DNA of 63,250 bases, the filler included, from Ministeria vibrans ATCC 50519 (lineage: Eukaryota; Protista; Filasterea), in NCBI GenBank assembly GCA_943704425.1. It is 8 parts of 8 records of this genome, joined end to end, with 100 filler letters (N's around TTAATTAATTAA, not from the genome) between each part and the next. Parts side by side here need not be neighbours in the genome. Positions count along the whole stretch, not along the records: positions 44,586 to 50,618 come from CALSCP010002106.1; positions 50,719 to 63,250 come from CALSCP010000026.1; 6 more parts are not named here. One strand, given 5' to 3'. The notes beneath the pieces are model-generated. The model was given only the letters and a program-made list of their open reading frames with translations, was not told the origin of the DNA and did no database searches. Positions 47,118 to 58,560 of this stretch are shown in pieces. Numbering within the stretch: position 1 is the stretch's first letter; each line of letters starts with the position of its first letter. Made by a program: the position numbers and the translations under genes.

Positions 47118-48247
47118 ATGAGCGCAGGGAACGCCGAGGAGACAGCGGGGACGTGGTACAGCAAAGCACAGGTGGGCAGCCGCGTCGTCGGATTGCACTG
47201 TGCACTGTGGGCCTTGGCTGACTGTGTGCGCTGCTGTAGGAGTACTGGAGCTCGGTGGACCCGACGGTCGACGGGATGCTTGGCGGATTCGCGCACATTT
47301 CACCCATGGTGCGTTCGTCGGAGAGAGAGTGTGTGTGTTGCGCGCGTGGTTGTCTGAAACGGCCCTTGTAGGACATTGAGGACTCCACTGCCTTTCTCTC
47401 GCACTACCTCGACGCCAGCGACGACGCACCCGTAAGACATCCACGCCAGATTGAACGAGCACTGTGTAACTGTGACCATGCAGCGACGGACGGGACGCGC
47501 GCTCGACTGTGGCGCCGGAATCGGTCGCGTCACCAAACGGCTGCTGGCACCGCTCTTTGAAGCGGTTGACATTGTCGAGCAGGACGCGACGTTTTGCGAG
47601 AGAGCCCGCGACTTTGTTGCGAGTCCGAGACTCAAGCAAGTGATCTGCAAGGGACTGCATGAGTTCACGCCGGAACCCAACTCGTATGATGTGGTGTGGT
47701 GTCAGTGGGTTCTGGGGCACCTCAAGGACGGTACGCGCATGAGAACTCGAGAACTCGAGAAGGGAAGGAGAGACAAGAGACAAGACGTAGTAAATGCTGT
47801 ATGCAGATGATCTGATTGGGTTTTTTGGGCGGTGCTGTGCGTCGCTCGTGCCCGGCGGAATGCTCTTTGTCAAGGAGAACAATGCCAAGAGCGGACGCAT
47901 CTTCGACGAAGATGATTCGTCTGTCACACGGTACTCCCGGAAGAACGAGAGAAGAGAATCAAACAAATAGAGCGAGCGAGAGAGAGAGAGAGAGAGATTG
48001 ATAGTGATGCGCACACTCTCACCCCATCTGTATTATTTTCTATTCTTCCTTCCAGGTCTGATAAACTGTTGAAAACACTGTTTCGTCGAGCGAATCTGAC
48101 GTTGGTTGAGGAACGTGTACAAACGCGCTTTCCAAAGGAACTGTTTACGGTCAAAACGTAAGCGAAGAAGTGAAAGAGAGGAGGTAATGAGACAATCTGT
48201 GTAGATACGCACTGGTGCCAAAAGCGCAGAGGAGAGAAGAAGAATAA
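47118..48247 (+). CDS. NTMT1: Alpha-N-terminal protein methyltransferase
   Basis: YWSSVDPTVDGMLGGF, ALDCGAGIGRVTKRLL, YDVVWCQWVLGHL, VKEN, DSSVTR, FPKELFTV. Confidence 0.95.
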
Positions 48248-48476
48248 AGCTTGAAGTCTTCGTTTGTATCAGTGTGCATTTAGTGATTAGTAGCCTGACT
48301 TGACTTATCTCTCGCACATGTGAGCGTTGGCCTGACCGACCTAATTCATAGAGTTTATATACAGACATGACTCGAGACAGACTGAAAACCTTTGTTGAAT
48401 AAACGATCAATATTCGTTTATTATTCATTAATTTAAAACAGCACACCCCTCCCCCCCTCTCCTTATTCACACCAGC

Positions 48477-49211
48477 ATGCAGTCACGAAGGGCCGTTGAA
48501 GTGCTGCGGCACGTCCGTCGCGACATTGCAGCCGATATTCTGCAAAAACGCGCTGGAAAGCCTCTCTTTCCGCTCCTTGCACAGTGCTACCAGCGGGGCG
48601 TTGGCCTGAAAGCGACACGTGCCGTCTGGGACCACTGGTGGCTCGACAACGAACCCGTATGCAAAGGCGTTTTCGCTTCTCCCTTCTCCTCTCTCGCCAC
48701 GTCCGATCGCTCGCACCTCCGCCCCCTCCCGTCTGACCCCTCTTCCCATTGCAGTGTTACTGGACCATCACCAAAGTGAGCTTTGACAGACGGTCCCGGA
48801 CAAAAGGAGCAGTTACGGTTTTGTCATTTTCACTCTCGCTCGTTTTTTTTCACTCACCATCTTCTGAACATTTTCAGGTGTATGGCAAGTTAACGTGGCG
48901 CAACAAGGAAGAGGAAACACCGCGACTGATCAACCGCACAGAAGCGCGTCAGTGGCGCTTGCTTGATGGACCGCCTCAGACGAGAGTAAGGACTCAAGAC
49001 GTACAGACGGTCATATTGAACATTGTGTGTGTGGTGTGTGTGTATGTGTGTTTAGGGACGATCCTTTGTGGAGCTGATTCTGGAAGAGCAAGCAAAGGTC
49101 GACAAGGAAGCACAGGAGGAGCGCGAGAAGGAACTACAAGTGTTGGCGGAAAGAGAACTGCAAAGGAGAGAAGAAGAAGAAGAAGCGAAGAAGAGCACAA
49201 ACGAAGACTAA
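48477..49211 (+). CDS. MRPS34: Mitochondrial ribosomal protein mS34-like
   Basis: LFPLL...GVGLKATRAVW..EP|CYWTITKV...VYGKLTWR...QWRL. Confidence 0.75.
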
Positions 49212-49292
49212 AATAAAAACACCATTCATAACAAGAGTAATAATAATAGCATTAAGAAGGGTCGTTTAATAGAAAGTAAATAGTGAATGTGA

Positions 49293-50575
49293 TCAAGTGG
49301 GCTGAGGATTGATTCCTTTCTCGAGCATGACCTTGGCGACTTCCGGACCATGTGTTTCGCAAAAGTACTTTGTACCAACGGGATAGTATGTCGTCTGAAA
49401 GGGAAAAAAAGGGTGAACGATTGACAAGAGAAGAGAAGCAAAGTGATAAAAAAAGAGGAGAGGAAAGAAATAAAAAAAGTGATAGAAAAAGTAAGGAGAG
49501 AGAAGAAACAAAGTGATAAGAAGAGAAAGAGAGAAGAGAAAAGAAACGAAGTGATAAAAAAAGGAGAAAAAGGAATAGAGAAAAAGAAAGAAAAGAGACA
49601 GAAACAAAGAAAAAAATACGTACGGACACCAAATCGAGACCACAGCCGGGATAGTCACACTTGAAGCAATGCATGTGGAACTTGTGTACGCCGGCCGTGA
49701 CCACTTTTCCCTCGGTGATCACCATCTGGCAACTGAACATCACACGCATACACACAGAACTAGGTTAGAGAGCACATACACCACAGTCAATCAATCTGAC
49801 CTGTGGCATTCATTTCCGGCTGCGCGATTGAAACAGACCATACAGTGCTGTTTGCCTTCAAAGTTGAAGAAATGTCCGTCCATCAGCGACACTCCACACA
49901 TCTACACACGCAAGCAAAGTGAGTCACAAACCAAACCAATCCAAATGCACTCCAATTGTAGGGGGCAGATACCTCACAGGCGAAGCACTCGCGATGCCAT
50001 GTCTTGTCGAGAGTCTCAAGGTACTCTCCAATAATGTCCTGTCCGCACTTGGCACACGTTCCATTTGAGTGCTCACTACACACACACACAGAGGAGAAAG
50101 AAAGAAAGTGATAGAGAGAGAGGAGAAAGAAAGAAAGTGATAGAGAGAGAGGAGAAAGAAAGAAAGTGATAGAGAGAGAGAGAGGAGAAAGAAAGAAAGT
50201 GATAGAGGGATGCAAAGAAAGAAAGTGATAGAGAGAGAGGAGAAAGAAAGAAAGTGATAGAGAGAGAGGAGAAAGAAAGAAAGTGATAGAGGGATACAAA
50301 GAAAGAAAGTGATAGAGGGATGCAAAGAAAGAAAGTGATAGAGAGAGAGGAGAAAGAAACAAAGTGATAGAGAAAGAAAACACTTTTGAGTAACAGTACT
50401 ATTACTATTATAATTATTATTGTTGTTACTTCTGTTGAACACAATTTCCAGTTGCACAATAGGGTTTTCCATTTGCATGAAGGAACTCAATAAGAGCACC
50501 GCCACATGTAGTGCAACAGAAACAGCCACGATGCCACTGTCGGTCCAGCGCAGACATGACCTACACACACACATG
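49293..50575 (-). CDS. Multi-LIM-domain protein (paxillin/Enigma-like), 5'-truncated
   Basis: CAKCGQDIIGEYLETLDKTWHRECFAC, KFHMHCFKCDYPGC, YFCETH. Confidence 0.85.
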
Positions 50576-50720
50576 ATTTCAGCCAAAGTCTCTTACGAAC
50601 CCCCCCCCCCCCCCCCCCNNNNNNNNNNNNNNNNNNNNNNNNNNNNNNNNNNNNNNNNNNNNTTAATTAATTAANNNNNNNNNNNNNNNNNNNNNNNNNN
50701 NNNNNNNNNNNNNNNNNNCT

Positions 50721-52047
50721 CCGCCGACCCCCATCGCCGACCCCTTCCTCCCTCACCCCCCCCGCAACCCCTCCCGTCTCGCCCCCGACTGGTGGGACTA
50801 CTCCACCCTCCCTCGCCACATTCTCAAGGAAGCTGCTGCCCTATCCCCTCTTGATCTCCTCCGCTTGCAGCGTGACGGCTTCTCCGTTCGCTTCTTCGAC
50901 TCCAAAGAGGAGCTTCTTCTTGCGCAAGTCAGTCCGCCTTTCACTTGTTTCCTTGCTCAAGCTCACACGTCATATTTTAGGCACTTGAAGTTGTCAGTGA
51001 GTTCAAACAAGCGACGCCAGACAGTCCCTCAGTCGTCTGTGGCTCATTCTCTTCTGTTTCCCACTTACCACTCGTCGCTCAAGTAACATTCAAACACACG
51101 CTATGTCGCTTGCAGCATTGTCACGCACTTACTCACTGTCTTTACTACGCAGTTGATCAACGGGCTGTCAATGGATTTGTCACACTGTCACATTGTTAGT
51201 GCGTGTGAGTTTTCATCGCCTGGGCCCCATCAGCTCAAACCCAAAGGCTCTTCTTCTTCTTCTTCTTCTTCTTTTTCTTCTTCTTCTTCTTCTCCGCTTG
51301 TCGGCTCTTTCTCGTTCCGCAGTGCTCTCAATCACTCTCTCATTGCGCGACTCACTCCCGAACACTCTTTCCCTCCCCGTAACATCCACTCGCCGTCCTC
51401 CGACGTCAATGCCTTCCGTCGTAAATGGAGCGCCCTTCCTCAATGTGCCCTCCTCCAACTCCCCTTCTCCGACTCCATGGTAACTCCCGTGTCATTATAA
51501 CTATTGTGACTGTTTTTATATAATTTTTTATTTATATTATCTTTTTAATTAATTTTTAATTCATCATCCTTCTAATAGCATTTTGGGCTGAACGACCCTC
51601 CGCGCCGCGCCGGTCCCCACGCGACCACCCCGCCCTCCCGCGACACATACCAACATCTTCCTGCGCGCGCTATCGACCTTCACCCGGCGTCACTTGCCGA
51701 GCACGTCCGTCGTGCGCCCGTCTCCGCCACCGGCGGCTCCTTGGTCACCCTGCCCCACACTGCTGTCTCCATTGGCCCCGCAGAGGCCCTCTCTGTCCGC
51801 AAGATATCCTTTTGGCACGATCCTGATCATGATTCACCTTTCATTCTACGTCTCACTACTCTCATGCTTGGCCGAGTACGTGCTTCGTCGTTTGTTTTGA
51901 ACCCGAACGACTCATGCACTTGTCTTCTCTTAGGCCTACATCGACTCCTCTGTCCCCATTTCTCTCTTTTCCGATCATGCCAGTGTTCAGCTGAACCTCC
52001 TTCGCTCTGCCATTGGCTCGTGCGATCCCGCTCTCTTCTCCTTATGA
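50721..52047 (+). CDS. Divergent homolog of a bacterial glucosamine-6-phosphate isomerase/deaminase-like (NagB fold) family; 5 exons, 5'-truncated
   Basis: SRLAPDWWDYSTL...LQRDGFSVRFFDS; ALEVVSEFKQATPDSP..LPLVAQ; HFGLNDPPRR; IDLHP; PHTAVSIGPAE; DSSVPISLFSDH. Introns at 50928-50980, 51083-51152, 51480-51578 and 51876-51933 keep the frame. Confidence 0.75.
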
Positions 52048-52085
52048 ATAAAATGAAATCTAATCATTCATTTTTTCTCAAAACA

Positions 52086-53321
52086 ATGAGCGAACCGTGG
52101 GATCGCGTTGCTGTCTCGGCCGGTTGTGCGTACGCCTACAACATGGAGCTGATGATGTCGGAGACAGGGCGAACGAGGCCGGACAGATCCGCCAAGTGAG
52201 ATTGGCGCTTGGTTTGCATTGGGCGCCAACGGAAAGATTGTGTGTCGCTTTCCTACAGCCGATGGAGAGCCATGTCGGTCGAAGGGGTTTGTGGGCGAGG
52301 GTGTGCGGGATCATTTTACCATGTGCCATCCCACGAGCAAGCACCGCGTTGTTTGTGTCGTCTGCAATTCGTTTGTTGGTGGGAACGAGCTCAAACGTCA
52401 CGTTTCTTCACACCACAGCAACACATTCACAGCCACCGTTATGGAACACGGGAAGACGGTCTACCTGCGAGAGGTGCGTGCGGCATTGGAGCGCGACGGA
52501 GAAGAGGAGGACGTTGAGGGAGAAGTGGCCAAGGTGTTTGGTCGTGGCGAGTACGAGCGAGTCCCAATGGGATTTGAGACGTGGTTGGCGATGGCACGGG
52601 GCGAGAAGGATGATGAGGAGGACACGAGTGTGTTTGAGATGCTGGGAAATGGCAAGGTGCGGTGTCGGTGTCGATTGGTGGACGGACGAGTGTGTGCGGG
52701 AAAGGGATTTGCGCCCGAGTGGGTTGCGCAGCATTTCTCAAACTCCCATCCTCGGAGTGTGTTCCGCGTCAACTGTGTGGTGTGCAAGGAGGATGTAGCA
52801 TCAGAAAGAATCTCGTTTAAGCGCCACCTGCTGCAATCGCACAGTGATGTATTCACTCGTGGCTGTGACTGGCTGAGAGTGTACTCTTCTCTTGTGCGCA
52901 GTGCTCTGGATAAGCGCAGTGCGAGTGAGTCTGTGATTGTGCGTGAGCTGCAGTTGTTGCGTGAGAGTGAGCGAGCGCCGTCGTCATTTGCTGGTTGGCT
53001 GTTGCGTGCGCAGAAGGAGAGGGAAGAGGGGAGTGGGTGTGGTGCGGTGAGTATCATGTGCTGAGTACGTATCGCACTCGATGTGCCATCTGCTCGCAAT
53101 CAGCGCCAGATGCAGGCAAACTGCGTGTTCACCTCCGCACTCAACACTCGTCCGAGTTTACGAGTGCCGTGTTGGCGTCGAACTGGAGGGGTGTGTACAG
53201 CGAGTGTGTGCGGAGTGCAATGTTGAGAGAGGGAGAGAGTGAGAGTGCGATTGAGAGAGAAATGTCGATTTTGTATGAGCATGAGAAAGCGCCGGGCAAT
53301 TTCCATCAGTGGACTGTATAA
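52086..53321 (+). CDS. Three-repeat C2H2 zinc-finger/helical-module protein with an apparent frameshift near 53020-53035
   Basis: Repeats of CxxC...LKRHxxxxH..F...VY...VRxAL...P..F..W; small first intron at about 52126-52186. Confidence 0.65.
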
Positions 53322-53484
53322 TAACAACCCATCTTCTTGGTTTACTTTGAACAACCCGTATACCTCTGGATTAAGTGAACTGCTTTTACAGTTTCTCGCA
53401 AAGACTAATGGATAGTGTGTTTTTCTAATTTCTTCATTGAGTTCATTCTTTAATCTTTTGTGAGTTTGTTTCGTTCCTCTTGCC

Positions 53485-54198
53485 ATGTCTTCAGAGAGCT
53501 CGGTAGTCGTACCGATCAGCGAAGGAAACCGCGCAGAAGCGTCGTTTAGCACGGTGGACGTTGAGTCTGGCTCAGAGCTGTACCGGAACGCCATCGCCAG
53601 CAGCCTGGGCAAGCTGCGCGACGGCCTGCTGGCCATTGGATCTCCTCAGGAGCGAGTGGAGCTGGTGAACAGTGCGGTGCATGAAGAGGACCGTCTTACT
53701 TTGCTTCATGTACACACAATTCAAAGACAAAGTGTGTGCGTGTGTTTTTTTTTGAAAGTTGGTTTGCTCACACGTTCTCTTTCGCTTTCCTTTCAGGCGG
53801 CCTGTAAGTACGTCCACAAGGTTGATGTGAGTGTAGTTGCACTTCTACTGGACTATGGCGCCGATCCAAACGTCCCTGATCGGTTGGGGTGAGTTGTTTT
53901 AACACTAAGCCAGAGCCCCACTCACACACTCTGTCTGTCTGTCTGTCTTGTTACAGCCGAAACTGCATGCACTACTGCGGCATTGCTGGCAATCTCAGGG
54001 CGATTGTAAGCATACCTCCTGCTTGTAGCCTTTTTAACCATTGATTCGCATTCTGTCCTCTGCAGCATCTTCTTGTCCATCGCGGCAGAGGTGACTTGAG
54101 CCTACGTGACACAGACGGCCTCACTCCTCTCATGCAAGCCAGTCGGTATCGCACACACATACACACACACACACACCACAAAGACACACACAAAGACA

Positions 54199-54261
<63 letters not shown>

Positions 54262-56307
54262 TCATTGTATATCTCACTAACATGTGTCATAGCTTTGGAC
54301 AGGCGCGGGTGGCGCAGTATCTGACCAATGTTGGTTGCAGTGCCAACGAGACAGACAACAACGGATGGGTAAGATTGTACTATCACAAATAATAATAACA
54401 ATTAAGAGGCTCAACTATTCGTTCGTTTGTGCAATGATTGGATTGTAAAGATGTGTGTTAGTAATACGAATGTTACAGTTATTGTTATTTCTGTTTGTAT
54501 TGCGAAAAACAATCAATGTCGAAGCTGAAGTCACTTACAATCTACACACACACACACGCCTACACACAAAACAGAATTCATTGCATTGGGCGTGTCGAAA
54601 TAACCATGTGGGAGTAGTCGATTTGCTTCTTAAGAGTTTCGTAAGCGCAGAAATAAAACAAAAAATACCACTCTCACACCTTTCTTTTTATACTTAATTA
54701 TTTTGATTCGTCAAGTTTGGAGTGCGTGACGTTCGTGACACAAACAACAACGGGGAAACTGCAGCCAAAGTGGCTCAGAATTACGGACACTCTGCGTTGG
54801 CCGAACGAATCGTATGAAACAACAAACAAAGCAAAGAACCAATAATTGAGATTGGCGGGACATTTTAATGATCAGAATCATATGGCTCATTTGTGAGTCT
54901 CTTTTTGTCATCCAGTCATATGATTCTGATAATGATTCTTTAGGCGAAAGAGGAAATTGGAACCAACGGATGTTTATCGGGAGTTTTGGGACGGAAACGG
55001 TCCTACACCTTTTTTGTGTTGTATGTTGTGATGATCAGTTTGGGTCATTTGGATTACTTTTGGCTGATTGATAAGAGTAAGTGTGTTGTGTGCGAGAGAT
55101 TGATTTGTACGCGTGGTTAAGTGTTTAATGGTTTATGAGTAGGGACTGATTTGCAGAGGGTTCTTGATCCCCCTTTTTTGTTCTTGTTTCTTCTGTCTTC
55201 CTGTGTCTTTCTTGCGCTGTTCATGTCCAAACCCGGTTACTACCTCAAACACTCTCCGGTACGCATCCCTAAACCTAAACCTTGACGCTAATAACTCGAA
55301 CTCTCATTAATAGAGTGAGGACAAATCGTCTCGTCCAGTGGGCCCTCTCTGTCCGCGTTGTCACTTTGTCCGTCCACTTCGCACAAAACACTGTCCAAGT
55401 AACCCACAAAGCTCTCAAAAACAATCCATCACACGTCCTGTCACCTCACACGCAGTCCAACAATCACTCACAGTCTCTCACTCGCTCGATCAACACTTAC
55501 TCACCGTCTCTTTTTGTCTTCGTTTTTGTTTTTGTTCGCCTCATTTTCTCAGTTTGTGACCAGTGCTGTGCTAAATGGGATCATCACTGCCTCTGGACAA
55601 ACGGTCAGTCACTCTCTCTTTTATCTAATTATTAGAATTATTCTTATGATGTTTTTATAGGGTGTGTTGGCGTTGGAAATTACCACTTGTTTATTCTGTG
55701 GATTGTCACTCAGGTCATTCATCTTTTAGTTGCGCTTGTCATTGTTACTTCTGGTTAGAAGAAGAAAAAATGTCGATATTAGTTTTGACTTGTTCTTTTT
55801 TTTTGGACCTTAGTGTACTTTGCGGCACCCAAAGATTCGCATGATTTTCAATCGATTTTTGCACTGGTTCTGATTGTGGGGAATCTCATTATGTTTCTGT
55901 ATCCAATGGGATCACTGCATTTGCCCAACGCACTCGATGGGATCACATGCAACGAGGCAAGAACCCTTACCCTAGCTAATGATAGTCCCTAACAAGGCCA
56001 ACCCTACCCCTATCAGCACCTCTAAACCCGAATACCTCTAGAGAGCCGCTGTGGGTCGTCACCGCCAAACTGGTCTTTTTCGTCTTTCGTGGACCTTCCA
56101 AAACCCATTTCGTAACCCCTCTCGTTGGACAAACTTTATGTCAATCTTCACCGACAAAAACGTACAAGGACAAACAATCAATCGCTAATTTCACAACACA
56201 CTAAAAACTTTACGATTTCCACTTCTCTCTTATTTAGAATTGGAAGAACAATCGCAATTGGAATGTGTGCGGCGAAACAAACGAAGATAGAGTCAAAGCG
56301 GAACTGA
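53485..56307 (+). CDS. Ankyrin-repeat DHHC palmitoyltransferase (AKR1/ZDHHC13/17-like)
   Basis: ANK repeats (LLLDYGADPN, GLTPLMQA, LHWAC), CPRCHFVRPLRTKHC..CDQCCAKWDHHCLWTNGCVG, TCNE, QNPF. Confidence 0.92.
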
Positions 56308-56405
56308 TCTTTGGCTCATAACTCAACCTCAAAATTATCAACATTACAATTTTTTTGTTCATTATTACAATCATAATTACAATTACACCATAATAGTAAT
56401 AGTAA

Positions 56406-56442
<37 letters not shown>

Positions 56443-56550
56443 TTATTAATCAAGTGTGTCATATTTTCTCCCTCGGTTCAAAACGGAAATGTGTCTCATA
56501 TTTCCCCTCACACACGACAAAATAATCAGCACAATGCATTCATACCACAT

Positions 56551-58470
56551 TCAATTCGAGTTGGATTGTTTTGATTTGGATTGAGTGATCATTCGCTTTG
56601 CTGAGTCGATTCCCTTTGCGGCAATTTGCTTGATTTGCTTGATTTGAGCGGGAGAGACATGAGCGTTTTTTATGGCAAGAATGGCGTTGGCAAAAAGATG
56701 AATTGCTTCGTGTGGGTCGACGTGGTGTTGGGCGGAGAGAAAAAGAGAGGCCTTTTGGATAAGTGTGAGAGCAAATTCGGGTAAACCCACTTCGTTTTCA
56801 GCCTCTGTGTCTGTTTTGAGCTCACGGAGGAAGTTGAGAGCGTCATTGAGGACAGTGTGTGCCTTGACGGTGTCGCCCGAGGCGGCATGGGCAATGCTGA
56901 GGGCGCGCAGACACACCGCGTACGAGTAGCCCAGGTCGGCTCGGATAGGACGCGCCAAACGCACACCCGTCTGCGCGGCCCGCAGCGCCAGTGCCGGCTC
57001 ACCCACCTCCACCCAAACCTCCACCAGCATTGTCGCGAGCGTCGTGCGTATCGTATGACCCTTGAGCTCAGTCAGACGCCGCGATCGTGCCAGCACATGC
57101 GACGCATACACGCCCAGAGAGCGCAGAAAGTATGTGCGGGCGTCGCCTGAGGGCAGTGCAAGAGCTCGCTTGACACTGCCCAGCAGATCGTGTTCGCACA
57201 CCGTCAGCAGCGAATTCGTTTCAAAGCTGAGCAGGCAGAAGATGTTCTCGCGAAGGATGTCCTGAACAAGTGGATGTACGTAGATGGGGTACTCGGACGT
57301 GGTAGGCTCACGCATGCCTGAAACGTGCGCGAGTGAGCGCATCTGCAGCTCACGCACCATTGGGACAAAGAGCGCCAGAGACGGATCTACGTCGCCCATA
57401 ATAGACTTGGCAACGGACGGCACGAGTGGGTCGTTCTCCATGAATGAGAGCACAGCAAGATTGTGCAGCGCAGTCGAACGCATGGACGACTGGTACAGAC
57501 GAAACACCTGCGTCAGATCCGACTTGAACGCTCGCACTGCGTGCATGAGTTTCGTGCGCTTGTCGCTTCCTTTCTTGCCGGCGATCTTCCAGAGCGTTCC
57601 CAGTCGGTTTCGAAAAAGCGCATCGTGTAATTTATCAACGGTCATCGTCTCGCAATTGTCCACAAGATGGTCTGCGGCGAGTTCAAGTGCGAGAGGCAGA
57701 CCACCAAGGATGTCAACAAGGCGAGACAGTGAGGCGACTGTGACCTCTGTGACGGGAGAAGACGACGACGACGAAGAAGATGAAGTAGTAGTGGTAGTAG
57801 TAGCAGCAGCATCAGAAGTAGAAGTGGTGAGAGTGGTGGTGGGTGAAGAACTGTCGAGGCGACGCTGGAGGTACTCGACTCCGAGACGCCCGTTGAACAT
57901 GGCCAGTTTGAGACGTCCCTGGCGACCCTCGACACTCTCGAGGTTAGCTTGCGTTGTCGTGACAATGACGTCGCCTAGGGCACGCAACGCCTCCGCTTGG
58001 TCTGGCGGGTAGTCAATGGCAGAGTCGATGACGACGAGCGCGCGCTTTGTCGGCGGCAGTGTGGGACGAGCCCAGTCCCATTCGGACGCGAGCGGACGGC
58101 GATGCATTCGCACCCACAGCACAGCGGCGTAGTCGGCGGCGTACCGGTGCGCATACGCCGCTGCCAAGGTGCTCTTCCCCACACCATCGAGCCCAGTCAG
58201 GATGGCAGTGCGGCCGGGCGTGACAGACGCCAAAGAAGACGACGGCGCTTGGAGTATTTCCCGCAGCCGCTCCATCGCTCGCTGACGGCCCATAAAATGC
58301 GGCGTGGGCGGCGGGGGGTCATCAATCTCAATCTGGGTCTCACTGGCGCTGGTGGACGGCAGAGAGCATGCAGCATTGCTGCTGCACAAGTGGCGCCACT
58401 GGGTTAGCACGACAGCACTTCGCTGTGATGCGGCCAGGCGTCCAGCGACAGCCATAAAGCGCGTTGGCAT
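56551..58470 (-). CDS. Intronless STAND NB-ARC NTPase with TPR-like C-terminus and a putative mitochondrial presequence
   Basis: FMGRQ, GLDGVGKS (P-loop), LVVIDS (Walker B), VIVTT, GGLPLALELAA, VHPLVQ; helical TPR-like tail. Confidence 0.85.
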   Translation of the reverse strand: MPTRFMAVAGRLAASQRSAVVLTQWRHLCSSNAACSLPSTSASETQIEIDDPPPPTPHFMGRQRAMERLREILQAPSSSLASVTPGRTAILTGLDGVGKSTLAAAYAHRYAADYAAVLWVRMHRRPLASEWDWARPTLPPTKRALVVIDSAIDYPPDQAEALRALGDVIVTTTQANLESVEGRQGRLKLAMFNGRLGVEYLQRRLDSSSPTTTLTTSTSDAAATTTTTTSSSSSSSSSPVTEVTVASLSRLVDILGGLPLALELAADHLVDNCETMTVDKLHDALFRNRLGTLWKIAGKKGSDKRTKLMHAVRAFKSDLTQVFRLYQSSMRSTALHNLAVLSFMENDPLVPSVAKSIMGDVDPSLALFVPMVRELQMRSLAHVSGMREPTTSEYPIYVHPLVQDILRENIFCLLSFETNSLLTVCEHDLLGSVKRALALPSGDARTYFLRSLGVYASHVLARSRRLTELKGHTIRTTLATMLVEVWVEVGEPALALRAAQTGVRLARPIRADLGYSYAVCLRALSIAHAASGDTVKAHTVLNDALNFLRELKTDTEAENEVGLPEFALTLIQKASLFLSAQHHVDPHEAIHLFANAILAIKNAHVSPAQIKQIKQIAAKGIDSAKRMITQSKSKQSNSN

Positions 58471-58560
58471 GAACACCGCAAAGCACGATGGTGAAGAAGA
58501 CAGAGAGGGAGAGAGAGAGAAGGCAAAAAAAAAGATAGAAATTGATCATTTCATTAGAAT

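Noticed and set aside
54905-55080. Frameshift in the DHHC gene
   Set aside because: Resolved by using the acceptor TTTAG at about 54943.
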